A stretch of 64,000 bases of DNA, taken from the NCBI RefSeq assembly GCF_009914755.1, contig NC_060930.1. One strand, given 5' to 3'. The stretch comes from the human T2T-CHM13v2.0 reference genome, Homo sapiens. Below are positions 1-14,517 of this stretch, piece after piece. The notes under the pieces are model-generated. The model was not told where the DNA came from and searched no databases. It saw only the letters and a list, made by a program, of their open reading frames with translations. The first letter of the stretch is position 1, and the number at the start of each line of letters is the position of its first letter. The translations under genes and the position numbers were made by a program.

Positions 1-100
1 TTTTCTTAATACTCAAGAAAAATATATGGTGGTATCTTTTACAACACTGGAACAGAAATAAAGTTTCCCTTGAAGGCAAAAAGTGTTATCCCAAGTCACA
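1..100 (+). terminator. GFRAL: Probable end of the GFRAL 3'UTR with poly(A) signal AATAAA at 57-62
   Basis: AATAAA is seen in the sequence. The assignment to GFRAL relies on recalled human gene order (GFRAL convergent with HMGCLL1, ~32 kb apart); no GFRAL coding sequence is in the window. Confidence 0.55.
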
Positions 101-1479
101 TTTTGCATAATTTGCTTTATGATGAATATAAACACATATCATATTAATTATTTGCATCATAATATGACATAGTTAGCAGTTTTTCTGATCAATTACATAA
201 GTTCCCATTAACTTGCCAAAAAAAGTTAATATATATATCCAGTGTCTGTGTTATTGGTATATTTTCGACCATTTTGAAATCAGTCATTAACGTATTAGCA
301 TTGACTTTAAGTTCCTATATATATTTGATTAAATGAAAGCCTTAAAAAATTGGAAGTGACATGTTTGAATTTTATAATTTGAATACTATTGAATTTTACT
401 TTTTGACCTTGATATCTTCATTTTATTCCCATAAAATGTAAAACAACTACACTGGCTGAAAGAAAGTCAATGTGTGCTTCAATAATCATAGATTTTTGTG
501 AATTAAATCTTTCTAGGCTAATTATGAGGAACTTCTGCAATAATAAAGTAACACCATAATTGTTACTTTTTATAATATTCCTATACTGTGACTTTTGGCC
601 TGGTTTGACATCAGAGTATAATTGTGATTAGAAAATTGTAGAAAATATGTTCATTAGTTAGAATTTTAATACATATTTGCTTTTCAACCGCCTGCAATTA
701 CACTAGTACCTATTACTCATAATAACCATGAGGTTGTATTATCTATAGTGGCACAGAGGCACAAATATTCAATAACCTGAGGATATCATACTAACCGTGG
801 CATATTTACAATTAAAATTCAAATATTTTCTGCTCATTTGGTCTCATTTCTATTGCTATTCACTACACTTCAGATTAAACTGTCTACATTAAATTAAATT
901 TGGAGTTAACATTTGGCTATGTTTACTCAAAGTAATTGAGAAGCCATCGTTTATCTTTTAAAACAGAGAAGAATAAATTGATGAGTCACAGATGTTTCTC
1001 AAGGAGTTCTATATATTCCAGTGGCTAATGCAGAGTATTAACATGAAGAGAATGCAGGGATTTCCTTCTCCAAATCACTGCCATTTAATTTAGGCTTGGT
1101 AATGTCTGGGAAAATGCAAACTGTTCTCTGGAAAACTGAGAAAAGAAGTCAAGTTCCTTCTAGAAACATGCTTGTGTTGAGCAGAGAAGGGGAGAACAGA
1201 GTGTAAAATGGATGGCTTCCCTAGGAAACAGAATCTTGTCTCTTAGGACAGCAGGAATAAGTAGGCAAAACCACAGAAGGGGGAATCAGCATGAAGCATT
1301 TAGGGAACACTAAATAGTCACCTATCTCTAGAGCAGAGAGTCCAAATTGAGAAAGTGTAGGACATACAGCTAGTAAACATCAGGACTAAGACACTGAGAT
1401 ACCAGGCTAAGGAGACACCTATAAAAGTGGAGTGTGGGCCTCCTAGGACATGGTCCCCATATTCGTTGTCTTCTTTTAC

Positions 1480-1720
1480 TCTTCAGTCCTCTGGGAAGCC
1501 TTTCCTAACATTTTCTTCCCTGTAGTTCAAAGATTCTTGTTCAGTGCTTCCCAGCACCCGGTGCTTCCCCATCTTAGACTATTACACTTCACTGCCGCGG
1601 CTTCGTTTATTATTTTTGCTTAGTAAATTGTAAGCACCCTGATTGAGTCTGTTGGCTCATCTTTGTTTTCTATTCCTTAGCACATAGTGTATGCTCAATA
1701 AATAAGTGTTCAGTGACAGA
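1480..1720 (+). mobile_element. L2 LINE 3' end fragment
   Basis: ...ttgtaagcaccctga...cttagcacatagtgtatgctcaataaat resembles the L2 3' terminus. Confidence 0.6.
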
Positions 1721-1897
1721 ATTGCTTCATTTGGAATCCTACAAAGTGCTGCAAAATAATTTTAAGCAGATTTTTGAATAAAAAAAGTTATGCTAGCAGA
1801 CATAGAAATGGACTATAAAGGACTAAAACTGATGCTGAAGAGACTGCTTTAAAGTGTAACTAAATTAGTTAGCTAATAAGTATTGGAAGCCTGCACT

Positions 1898-2130
1898 AAT
1901 TTATTCATTCAATACTTATTTATCAAGCATATACTATGTATCAGCCACTGTACTAGGAACTGGAGATACAATCCTGAGCACAGTCTTCCAGTAAATTTGA
2001 AAAACAAAGTAAACAACGTAATTTTTGAAAGTGATAGATGCCATAAAGAAGTGAACAGGCTGCAGTGATGGTAGAGTGATGTGAAGAGAAAAATTAGCAG
2101 TGATGTGAGAGAATGGAAGGCACTTCACAA
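1898..2130 (-). mobile_element. L2 LINE 3' end fragment
   Basis: ttattcattcaatacttatttatcaagcatatactatgtatcagccactgtactagg is the typical antisense L2 tail. Confidence 0.65.
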
Positions 2131-2149
2131 ATCTCACAATTTAGAATCA

Positions 2150-2775
2150 ATGGAAACTTGGGGTCAGATATTTGTATGAGTTGAGATTGTAAGGATCATG
2201 GTAAGAATGAGTGTTGAGTATATTTTGATTTGTGCCATTAGGTAAACCGTGTTGCCAATTAGAAAACTGGCTCATACAAGTGGAACTTGGAATGGGAAAG
2301 GGGAATATGCTAGTTATTTTAGGGTCTGTTCCAATTTTCCTCCACCTCTCATACACCCCTAGGAGGCTGACATATATGCAACATAGTCCCCTTTGTCCTC
2401 TGGCTTCCATTTGGTTGTCAATAGTGAGAAATGGTAGAAAATGGGGGAGAAATTCTCCTGGACTCCTTGCTGAGATGTCCCCACAGGCTGGCTGTTTCCT
2501 TCAATTGTTTCTATCAGTGTGGCCTTTTCTACACACATCTTTCCTGGATGGCAATAAACCTTTCCAGGCCTTCTCCCTGCAGGCTTAGTGGTGTTAACAG
2601 CTCAGTCAGTGCCATTCCTGAGTTACTGGACTATGCCTTGAGGTTTTTCAACTACCTACACCTGTATAAAGAGTACCTAAATCAAGCATTCTTAAGAGTC
2701 ATCCAATTTCAGATAACTTGCAGTTTATTCTAATTGGAGTATCCCATCTACTTCCTGTTGGTTCCCTGACTGACA
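2150..2775 (+). mobile_element. Ancient ERVL/MaLR-type LTR (subfamily uncertain)
   Basis: Ends in ...catctacttcctgttggttccctgactgaca, a typical old ERVL LTR terminus. Left boundary approximate. Confidence 0.45.
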
Positions 2776-4037
2776 CTGGTAAATATTTCAAGTTTAGATC
2801 AATTGACTTCCTAACACCAGTGACATATCCATGTGGAGTCACCTAATAGTCAACTGGAAAATATGATTTTGGCACTGGTAAGTGGGATCAAGCTAGAACA
2901 ATTAAATTTCAAGATGTCCAATATCTTCCTTACGTCTCTCTCACCCCAGATGAGAAAGCAAATTTACCCTTGTGATTTCTAGGGGGAAAAATGCTGTAGG
3001 ATAGGATAGCCAGATCACCAGGTGGCACAGATCACAGACCTCCCCGCAGAATAATTTGACCACTGATTAAATTCCCTCCAGAGTAGTCTCTTTCCTAATA
3101 AGTTTTTGTACCCCTAGCTGCTTCTGCATATTTACCCACAGCCTCTTTTCCTTCACAGAATCCTTTCCATAAAACCCACAGGTGTTCCTGGGACCCGGGA
3201 GTCAGCCGAGCTGTACCAGCTGGAACTCTGCAAGGTGAGTCAGAAAGGTCTCTCTGGAAAGGGCTTTAGGGCAGTAGGAAAACAGGGACTTTGTGGTTAC
3301 TCCAAAGCTGAGGCTTGCGTCTGTTCCTACTTTTGAATTCCCTGTGAGAGTCCTGAGAAACAGATCTTGGGGTTATTAAAACATGCATCCTTTTTCATTG
3401 CCATGTACAGTGAAATGAATACAAATGACTTGAGTGAATAGAATACTTTTTTATTTTTTAGAATAAAAATATTCTAAATTTTTCAAATTGTGAGCTCAAC
3501 AAATGCAGGAGTCAAATCTGAGTGACTAATGGTCAAACGATGGCACCACCGCTTTAAAGGCAGTGCCGGGTTGGCATGTACCCTGTATGAACCAACAGTG
3601 CAATTTTTACATATCCCTGTCTGCTTGCTCTGTTCTTTCACAACGTGTTCCCCCTCAGAACTCTGAGATGAATACCATCTGGGCTGCAATGATTTACTGC
3701 ACTGGAGTTTCTCAAGTTGTTCCCAAAGTGCCTCTTTGAGGCTTCAATGTCTATTCAGACCACACTGATTGCACCCCAAAACTTAGGGTAGTAGAATTGG
3801 TGTTTCCAAAACCTTAGACAAGTCAATTGCAATAAATGTATCTTTAATAAGGGTTTCCATAATACAGTTGTTTATAATCTTGGTTCTACTAAGAAGGAAA
3901 CGTGCCTTTAAAACACAGTGGTTTAAAATTAAATTTTGGCAATATTGTCAGATTCAAATATTTATTTAGGGTGGCAAACAGTCAAACAAAATTACATTAA
4001 AATATTTTTGAGATTTCACTTGATTTTTCTAATGTAA

Positions 4038-4083
4038 GTTACATTGCTGGTTTTGCAGAAGTTACATGACTGGTTTTGCAGAA
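4038..4083 (+). repeat. 23-bp tandem duplication (gttacattgctggttttgcagaa / gttacatgactggttttgcagaa)
   Basis: Directly visible; 2 mismatches. Confidence 0.9.
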
Positions 4084-4118
4084 GGTCATTATATTTTTAT
4101 AATGGTCAGTATAATTAA

Positions 4119-4453
<335 letters not shown>

Positions 4454-5099
4454 ACATTCTTTCAATACTTGGAAACAAATGTAATTTTTACTCTTCTGCC
4501 TGAAAATTCTAATTTAGTGAGTATTGAAGATACTATGCCTCTTAAGAGTAGCAGAAGGTATTAAAAAGGAAATGTAAACATAAGAAAAGGAGTAGTCATA
4601 AATTCAAAGGTGGAACACATATCTACAAACATCACATACTCATTACAATATAATTATTTTAATCAGTGGGATTACAGAAAATAGTAAAAGCAACTAAACT
4701 ATATAAGATTATTCTACATGCTTTACATACCTTATGTAGTTTAAGTCTGACACAAACTCTGTGCCAATTGTCTATTTACAGAATTAAAATAAAAAATAAA
4801 AAACCCGATAAAGAAGTTAAGCAATTTCCCAAGCTTCAGAGCAGAAAATTGGTAACTGAGGACAGATATATCAGATTTCAGAATCTTCCATCTTAATTTC
4901 TAAGCTTTATCACCAGCCATCTCCAACTGTAATTATGTAATTCTTATACTTTAAAAAAGGACCAGGAAAGATCTATTTTAAATATTCTTCTCTAAAGTAT
5001 TATTGTTATTAACTTGCATGTCTGAATCACATGTATGAGGTGGAATACTTTTACCTGAAATTAAAAATCTTAATAAAAAATACATAATTCCTATAACAT

Positions 5100-5390
5100 A
5101 AATTCCAGATGAAAGCATCTATAGGATTGGTGAACTTAATGGCTCAATGAAATCTTCAAGGACTCGAATTTTTCTTTTCTGCCATGCTTACAGTTGCTGA
5201 GTGGATTGTACAGTTCAGGATTTATTTGAAGACATAGAAACAAGGGAATTCAAATTACTATAATTGACTTAGTCTAGTCAGAATTGACCCTGAATTACCT
5301 AGGAGAAGGGTGGACTCCCAAACAAAATCCATTAGCAAGGATGAACAAGAGAGGGCTTTTGGGTAGGCAGCCAATAGTTTATGCTACAAA
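5100..5390 (-). mobile_element. MLT1-type LTR fragment
   Basis: ...gggtaggcagccaatagtttatgctaca end and internal motifs resemble antisense MLT1J/K. Confidence 0.5.
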
Positions 5391-5786
5391 AGTCTAGATT
5401 AACTTCACCAATTAAATACAAAGTAAAATGGCTTCAAACAAGTAAATCAGATTAGTTGGGTTTAAGTTATACTTTTCATTTTGTTATTTGGAACTAAATA
5501 GTCCACACCTAAGACAGTGTTTCTCTATGTTGACATCTATGGAAGTGCTCAAGTTCTACCAATTTAGGATTTTCTATTTACTAATGAACAAAATTTGTCT
5601 ATTATGAAAAAAATGTTGACTGTTTTGTATTAGCAAAATAAATATCACCTTTTAATGAAAACTTTTCCAGATACTTGGAGATCATTCATTCATTGAGAAG
5701 GAAAGAGATTAAAGGCTATGCAGCTGACAGTTGAGTTGCAGAATACAGTGAGTAGTGGAGGAATCAACACTGCCTGGGTTTCTCCT

Positions 5787-6137
5787 TGATATGATTTGGC
5801 TGTGTCCCCACCCAAATCTCATCTTGAATTGTAGCTCCTATAATCCTCATGTGTCATGGGAGGCACCTAGTGGGAGGTAATTAAATCATGGGGGTGGGTT
5901 TTTTCCATGATAGTGAATAAGTCTCACAAGATTTGATGGTTTTATAAAGAGGAGTTCCCCTGCACACACTCTATTACCTGCTGCCATGTAAGACATGCCT
6001 TTGCTCCTCCTTCACCTTCAACCATGATTGTGATGCCTCCCCAGCCACGTGGAATTGTGAGTCCATTAAACCTCTTTTTCTTTATAAATTATCCAGTCTC
6101 AGGTATCCTCATAGCAGCAAGAAAATGGACTAATACA
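5787..6137 (+). mobile_element. THE1 (THE1C/D-like) solo LTR
   Basis: tgatatgatttggctgtgtccccacccaaatctc...ggactaataca; perfect 5-bp TSD ctcct (5782-5786 / 6138-6142). Confidence 0.93.
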
Positions 6138-7034
6138 CTCCTCTTTTCTGAGAATTCCATTCCACAAAAAAGTACTGTTTAGACTACTTATCTATTGGCT
6201 AGACACCTTTGCCTTAGTAGCTCAGAAAGGGTAAAGGAATAAATGTTTCCCAGGTAGTAAAAAAGATATGCCAAATCAGTGTACCATTAAGAACAGGAGG
6301 GGAGTGTTTAGAAGCCAAAGCTGAGATACAATATATAAAAGGAAACAATGGGAAATAACTTCTAAAAAGTGGAAACTTAAAATAGTTGTTTGTTAGGCAG
6401 TCTTCACAGATACCCTATTCTCTTGGATGAGTCAAAATTAGTCTCTGCAAATAAAAAGTGATAGGAATAAAATATTAGAATTTAAAGATATGTAGTAGGA
6501 AAGGAAAACAAAATGTGTTACTGCCCCTAACATCTCAATAATAGAGAAAGAACATGGAGATAAGTTTTGAGGAGTTTGACAGAATGAAATGATAGATTGG
6601 AAGATAAATATTTATCTAGCATTTTCTTGATTGCATTGAAACTTGATGGAACTGGGGATGGGGTATAGGGTAGTAGTGAATAGAACTGGGAGTCCTTATT
6701 GGCAGCAATATTGAAATACAGGTGTATTGTTTATTATATAATGAAGTATTTTTCATATGAAGTAATATATTCTATTGTATTTGTTCATATTTTAACCATG
6801 CAACTAGGTAATAAAGGAAACAAAGTGTTGTTCTATATAATTATTCATTTACTTTGTCATCTTAGAAATACTGCAAATTTCTTTCATCATAGTATTAATC
6901 TTTTTCTGTTTTTCTTCTTCCTTTTCTCTCATCTTGTTTTCCTTTTTTCATAACAGGAGGGGAACAAGCTCAGGAAAGTTAGCAACAGGCAATAAATAGA
7001 ATGCTCTGAAAATAGCTAACAAGTTTAGCTTAAC

Positions 7035-7334
7035 TTTTTTGTTTTTATTTTTTGATATGGAGTCTCGCTCTGTCCCCCAGTCTGGAGTACAGTGGCTCCA
7101 TCTCAGCTCACTGCAGCCTCTGCCTCCTGGGTTCTAGCAATTCTCCTGCCTCAGCCTCCTGAGTAGTTGGGATTACAGGTACCCGCCACCCTGTAGGGCT
7201 AATTTTTGTATTTTTAGTAGAGATGAGGCTTCACCATGTTGGTCAGGCTGGTCTTGAACTTCTGACCTCAGGTGATCCACCCGTCTAAGCCTCCCAAAGT
7301 GCTGGGATTACAGGCGGGAGCCACCGTGCCCAGC
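7035..7334 (-). mobile_element. AluSx/Sz
   Basis: Full Alu; TSD ttagcttaact / ttagctcaact. Confidence 0.95.
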
Positions 7335-7451
7335 TTAGCTCAACTCTTCTAGTCATTTAATACCCAATTATCTTTCACAAATACATTTTGATGGAAATAA
7401 AGCTAGTGATGCTTATTGATGTAACAGATACAGGAAATAGGGAAAACCTAG

Positions 7452-7791
<340 letters not shown>

Positions 7792-9121
7792 ATTTTTTTT
7801 TTTTTTTTTTTTTGGCCTGGAGTAGAGTGTGATTAGCTGAAAAGGAAAATATGTGTTTGATCTTTTTGTTTTTGTTTGTATCCAGCTGTATTTTAAGGTA
7901 GACGTAATTGTTCAAATATTTTTAATTGGCAGCTTTTATATGAAAGTAGAGACCCATAATAAAGCCAACCTCAAATGTATGAATGTTATTTAAAATCACG
8001 ACAATAGAAGAAACCACATAACAAAAAAATGTGAGAAAAGATGGAAAATGACCAAAAAATGACTTGGATGATTACAACACTTAGTGGTCTGGAAGAAGAA
8101 GGTGAGAAAGTGAGAAAGCAAGGCTACTATAAATGGGTGGCTAATGAGAAATGAAGGCTAGCAGAAATAAGCCAAAAGTGTAGAGATTTTCAAGATGGAG
8201 AGCATGTTCAACAATGTCGGATATTGCCAAGAGACTGAATAAAATAAGGTCTAGAATTTAATTTTGGCTTTGGTAGAAGGAAAGTCACTGAGATCTTAAA
8301 CAGATCTTATAGATGTGGTGGAGACAGAGGCCCAGTTGCAGTAGATTGAAGAGAGATTGAGGAATGAGGAAATGAAGGCAATGAATACTTACAACACTTG
8401 TGAGAAGTTTTGCACTCAAGAGGAGCATTACAATGGGTGTTTCTGTGGAGTTTCTGTAAAGTATGAGGTCATCAACAGAATTGAGAGGAAGATGTTAGAG
8501 ATGTGAGAAGAGAGAGAATGTGAAATGGTTATCTTGGGGAATAGATAAATTTAGTAGGGAGTATAGGAGAAGCAATATTGCTAAGCCTGCCTGCATTCAA
8601 ATCCTCACTGACTCACTTGTTTTATAATTTGAGTCAACTTACCTAAATTCTCTGAACCTCAGTCTTCTCAACTAACAGCGATATGTCCTGTTAATTTCCC
8701 TAACAAAGAAATTAATTGCACTTACCTTACAGGGTTTGAAAGGAATAACTTTGTTAATATGTGTAAAGCCATTAGTAAGAGGTATATGTGAATTTTCTAC
8801 TAGGTAATGATTACAATTTCTCAAATCACCTGACTTTTTGAGATTCTTGGTCAAAAACACAAAATATGTCAGTATAGTTGAGCGATTTTTCTCCATTAGA
8901 TACAGAGAGCTAGATTTTACCACAGCTGGAGTTTTCTGAAGTAAGTTCGATGGAGAGAAGAAGCTGCAGCAGCGGAAGTTCCCTATGAACGCGTGGTTGA
9001 GCCCTTCTGGTGGATGATGGGAATACAGCAAACGGGTCATGGGCAGTTAAAGATAGTTGAGGTGGCAAGGCATAGTGATCTTACTGGAAATCAAGAGTTG
9101 TGGAAAGAAAAATGCTGGATT

Positions 9122-9803
9122 TGGTACAGGTAGTTATTAGGCATGAGCAGGACAGGAGAGGGCTCTACCGCCACCCACTAAAAATCTCCGCCTCTCTAAA
9201 ATGATAATTTGGCAGCACCAGGGAGAGGCCATTTCCTGATGGTCCACACCTGTTAACATCAGAATGTTAATTGAACGCAAGCCCTAAGGAGAAGCACACT
9301 CCCTGGGCATGTGCATCAAGAGATAAAAATGGTGCAGTATATTCTTTCAGGAGCACACTCCACTGGAAGAGGGAAGAAAGCTTCAGATGGGCCTGCATAT
9401 AACTTCCTAAACACAAGCGCCTGCTCAGTCCCAAAGGATAAGGAAAGCACTGGGCATGCAGAAAGCCCACCCTATGGAAAGAATCATGGGAAAGGGGTGA
9501 GCCTGTAAGTCTCATGATCAAGGTTAAAGGCCCTTTTTTGCTGTCTTCTTTTGCTCTCTTTTCTTTCTTCCAACTTTAGGTGCCTGATTGGGTCTCTTTC
9601 AAGAGAATTTTCCTTTCTTTCCTGTTCTAAAACCTTTCTAAATTTCCACTCATGCTCTGAAACTTGCCGTGGTCTCTTTTTCTGCTGTTTGCCCCTCAGT
9701 TGAATTCTTTCTTCTGAGGAGACAAGGACTGAAGTTGCTGTGGAATTGGTATGGATTCACCACCAATAACTCGTGGTAACTCGAATCTATTCCACTGCTA
9801 ACA
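9122..9803 (+). mobile_element. ERV1-class solo LTR (MER50/MER83/MER84 group) inserted in an L2
   Basis: tg(g)tacaggtagt...aggcatgagcaggacaggagagggctct start, ccagggagaggccatttcctgatggtccacacc core, ...gctaaca end. Confidence 0.75.
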
Positions 9804-10269
9804 GTTTGAGAAAGCTGGAAAAAATGGGGTATGGGGGTAAAATCAATTTCAGAAGTTATAGTCACTAGAAGTGTTAGAATGGTCGCCTGAGTTGGACGGG
9901 GCATCAAGAGAAAATATTACACGTAAATGAAGTGGACAAGAGCTAAGAGGTCATAGTATGTGTGGAAATATTAAGGCCACCAAGGATAATAAAAGTAGTG
10001 ATATAAGCCAGGCACAGAAAGACAAATTCTGCACAATCCTACATGTGGAGTGTAAAAAAAAAAAATCAAACTTAGATTAAAATGGTGGTTACTAGAGATG
10101 GGAAGTTGAAGGGAATAAAGAGATGTCAATCCTCAGATAAAAAATCGATGATGCTTTAAGACCATGACACATCAATTAAATCAGAACTTCTAGGAAGAGG
10201 CATGGGTATCAATGACTCTAAAAGTTTCTCAGGTGATTATAATGGGCAGACAGAGTTGAAAGCTGCTAA

Positions 10270-10455
10270 ATCAATGCTACTCAAAGCTTGGCCTCCAGAT
10301 CAGCAGTGTCAGTATCATGTGGAAGATGTTAAAAATGCAAATTCTCACCCCACCAGACCAGTTAAATTAGAAACTCTGGAAGTGGAACCCAGAAAGCTGT
10401 CTTTAACAAGCCCCCTGGGTGATTTTGATGAGGACTAATGTTTAAGAACCATAGC
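10270..10455. mobile_element. MER5A (hAT-Charlie) DNA transposon
   Basis: aaaatgcaaattctc...ttagaaactctgg...tttaacaagccccctgggtgatt...tttaagaacca. Confidence 0.75.
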
Positions 10456-10701
10456 GCTGGGCCAACTGCAGTATGGCTGGTGCCTGGACACTCCACCCCA
10501 TAGTCCCATTAATTTTTGGCAGTTTCCTTCCACAGCTCATGTTTGTCAGGACCTTGAGGTGGGTTTTATATTCTTCTTGATTCCCTTTTCTGCTTCCAAA
10601 ATGTGTCTTCTTATTGATGCTTCAAAATACCCCAAATCATTGAGGAGAATGTCATTAAACTTGGTTAGCTATTATTTTTCCTTATTATCTACTTCATTTA
10701 C

Positions 10702-11049
10702 TGTATTAGTCTGTTCTCATTCTGCTAATAAAGACATACCTGAGACTGGGTAATTTATAAAGGAAAGAGGTTTAATTGACTCACAGTTCCACGGTTCAAT
10801 CATGGTGGAAGGGAAATGAGGAGCAGTCACATCTTACATGGTGGCAGGCAAGAGAGATTGTGTAGAGGAACTCCTCATTATAAAACCATCAGATCTCATG
10901 AGACTCATTCACTATCATGAGAACAGCATGAGAAAGACCCACTCCCATGATTCAGTTGCCTCTCACTGGGTCCCTCCTACAGCATGTGAGAATTATGGGG
11001 GTTACAATTCAAGATGAGATTTAGGTGGGGACACAGCCAAACCATATCA
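10702..11049 (-). mobile_element. THE1B-like solo LTR
   Basis: tgtattagtctgttctc...acacagccaaaccatatca; TSD tttac / cttac. Confidence 0.92.
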
Positions 11050-11129
11050 CTTACTATGCTTCCTATAATCCCTTCTCATTCATGAGTCCAGTGTTTGACT
11101 CAGTCCACCCCCTAATTCTTGCTTTTCCT

Positions 11130-11360
11130 CTGTAAAAATTGTATATATTTATGATGTATAATGTCCTGATATGCATACATGGTATGGAAAGGCTAGATCA
11201 AGCTATTTTACATATGCCTTACCCTCACGTGCTTTTTTCTGTGGCAAGAACACTTAGACTACTCTCAGCTATTTTCAGTATTCAACATATTGTTATTAAC
11301 TGTAGTCACCATATTTAAAATAAACCTCTTGAACATATTTCCCTTGTATAACTGAAATTT
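11130..11360 (-). mobile_element. L1MA-type 3' end fragment
   Basis: aaaattgtatatatttat...tattgttattaactgtagtcaccat...cctcttgaac. Confidence 0.7.
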
Positions 11361-12186
11361 AATGAGAGCAAGGAGAAAGTAGCATGAAGAGGTTAAAGAT
11401 GTAAGGTAGTTGGCCGATAACCAGGAGTGAATTCCTGAAGCCCAGTGGAAGGATCTGAAAGGGCAAAGAGGAATGGAAGACAGGATCCTACTGGGAAACA
11501 AAAAGTGAAGAAATAAGCACAAGACAGTGGTTGGTCTGGAAATCTGGACCTTCCCATAGCATTTGAGGCTCTCTTGGATTTGTCCTAGAAATCACCATGA
11601 ATAAAGGATCTTGGAATAAATGATGTAATGTAAGCTGGAATTTTGTGGCCGTCTGAAGAACTCAGAGTGGCCAGTCTTGCCCCTTGCTGGAGAGATCATT
11701 AGACATGAATTCTTCTTTCCTCATTGGGAGGAGAAAGGAAGTTTTCAAGGGAGAAGGAGAAACAAGCAGTGTCCGAAGCCCCTGCAAACTGTGACCTTGT
11801 AGGTGTTGCACAATTACATGGTTTGAAGTAATATCCTTAGTAAGTACTAAAAGAAAATCTGCAAGTGATAACTCATATTCAAACATAAATACAAAATCCT
11901 TTTTCAAAGACAATAGAAATGGATGAACAATTATCTGATTCCCTGATGCCCTATGGTTGGCTATAATGGATTTGTTCAGTTGAAAATAAGCAACTGAAGG
12001 ACAGCTAGGTATAAATAGGCTCAGTTTACTAAGCATTTCTAAAGCCTGCTACTACAGGAAGAAAACCAATTTCTTCGGGTCTGCTGATTGGTACTTGTTT
12101 CAACATGAAAAAAAGTTTTAGTTAAAATAGGAACTTAGGTCATGTTGTCATCATTTCTTATTTAGAGTAATATAATAGCTCCCTAA

Positions 12187-12535
<349 letters not shown>

Positions 12536-12639
12536 TGATTTTTCACCTGCCCACGTATTACTTAAAATGTTTCAGTGGCTAGTCAGTGCTTTCAGGTTGC
12601 TGAGTAAATTACTTACCATAGCTCTAAAGCTACAATTAG

Positions 12640-12890
12640 CATAACTTAGTGATTGAAAGCACAGTCCCCAGAGCAAGACTTCCTGGGGTTGAAGTTAATT
12701 ATTTCATAATGATTAGCTGGGTGATTTGGGGCCAGTTAGTTAAACTGTGCCTTTGTTGCTTATGTATAATGAAGAAATAATATAGTACCTCTTTCATAAA
12801 GTTGTGAAGATTAAATTACTTGGCACTTACAAAATGCATAGAATAGTGTTGGTGTGGAGCAAGAGCTCTATAAATGCTCGCTATTATTGA
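12640..12890 (+). mobile_element. MIR SINE
   Basis: Core ...agctgggtgatttggggccagttagttaaactgtgcct...aatatagtacctctttcataaagttgtgaagattaaat. Confidence 0.7.
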
Positions 12891-14177
12891 TGCTCTTTCA
12901 AGCAGTTTCTATGTGATTATCCCTGTCTCCCCCAGACTCATCTCCCATGAAGCTACCACTCACTCACTGGGTTCCAGCCATAAAGTACTTGTTTTCATCC
13001 CTTACAATGAATAGGATTATTTTACCAGTAAACCCTCATATTAGCTTTACTATCCATTTGGAATCCTTAGTTCTCTCTTCCACAAGTTAATCCCCATGCA
13101 TCATTCAGAATTTAGATGGTCACTTCCTTGGAGAAATTGTCACTGGCCTCTGTGACTAGTTTAGTAGCCCCTCTTCTAGCACCATGTGCCTCTCATTTAA
13201 AACAATTATTACATGTGTGATCATATATTTGTGTGGTCATCTGATTAAGCTCTATCCCCCTCTACACCCTCAAGCTACATGAGGCCAGAGACCTATTCTG
13301 CTTTGCTCACCAGTATATCAGCAATACCTGGTGCAATTCCTGTTAGAGAAATGCATGGGTTTTGAACAAAAAAGAAACAACATTTAGAAATTATTATAAA
13401 TTTGCAACTGCTAAATTGGGTGAACATGGGTTAAATTCATAAGTATATAACAGTAAGTTTCATTCAGAATTAACTTTGCTTTTCAGTCACATCCAAAATG
13501 GATTCGATTCTATGTTTGGGTCTTTGAATCATTTAGCAGGAAAGAATAAGAAACAGAACTATTAAAACTAATTTACATATTTGTATATAAACATTCATAA
13601 AATTGCTAACTGGAATCGTTAGGGACCAAGCATTAAAGTATAGGAATACCACCATTAATCTGGGTTATTTGATGTGATGCCCATTTGGACAGGCAGCACT
13701 TGGAGAAGTTGGCTTTTGCTACTGGTTTCAACTTTAGTTTTCCATCTTCCTTGAGTGACTTGGAGGTGAAAGTATACAAAGAATAAAAAAAATTTAAGTA
13801 AATATTTTAGGAAGAGAAGCATAATTTTATAAATGGATGTTTCTCTCTGTAAGATCATCATTTTATAATGCCAAATTCCCATCTTCTGCTTTGCAATATG
13901 TTACTTGGGGATTTTTTATGTTATTGACTCTATACTTACTATAGTGGCACCTCTAATATCTGAATAACTTGCCTAACAAGGAACATCTGAGATAGTTAGT
14001 TCTATGTAATCAAAGAAACGTACAAAATAAGGATCAAAACATTATGCTATTACTTTACAGTATATTACATGATGCACCCAAAGATAGTAAATATTTATCT
14101 GTATATTTATTCATAATCTGATCTGAGAAGACTCTGTTGCTCCTGATAAGAAACATATCTTAAAGTTACCAAGAAAG

Positions 14178-14517
<340 letters not shown>

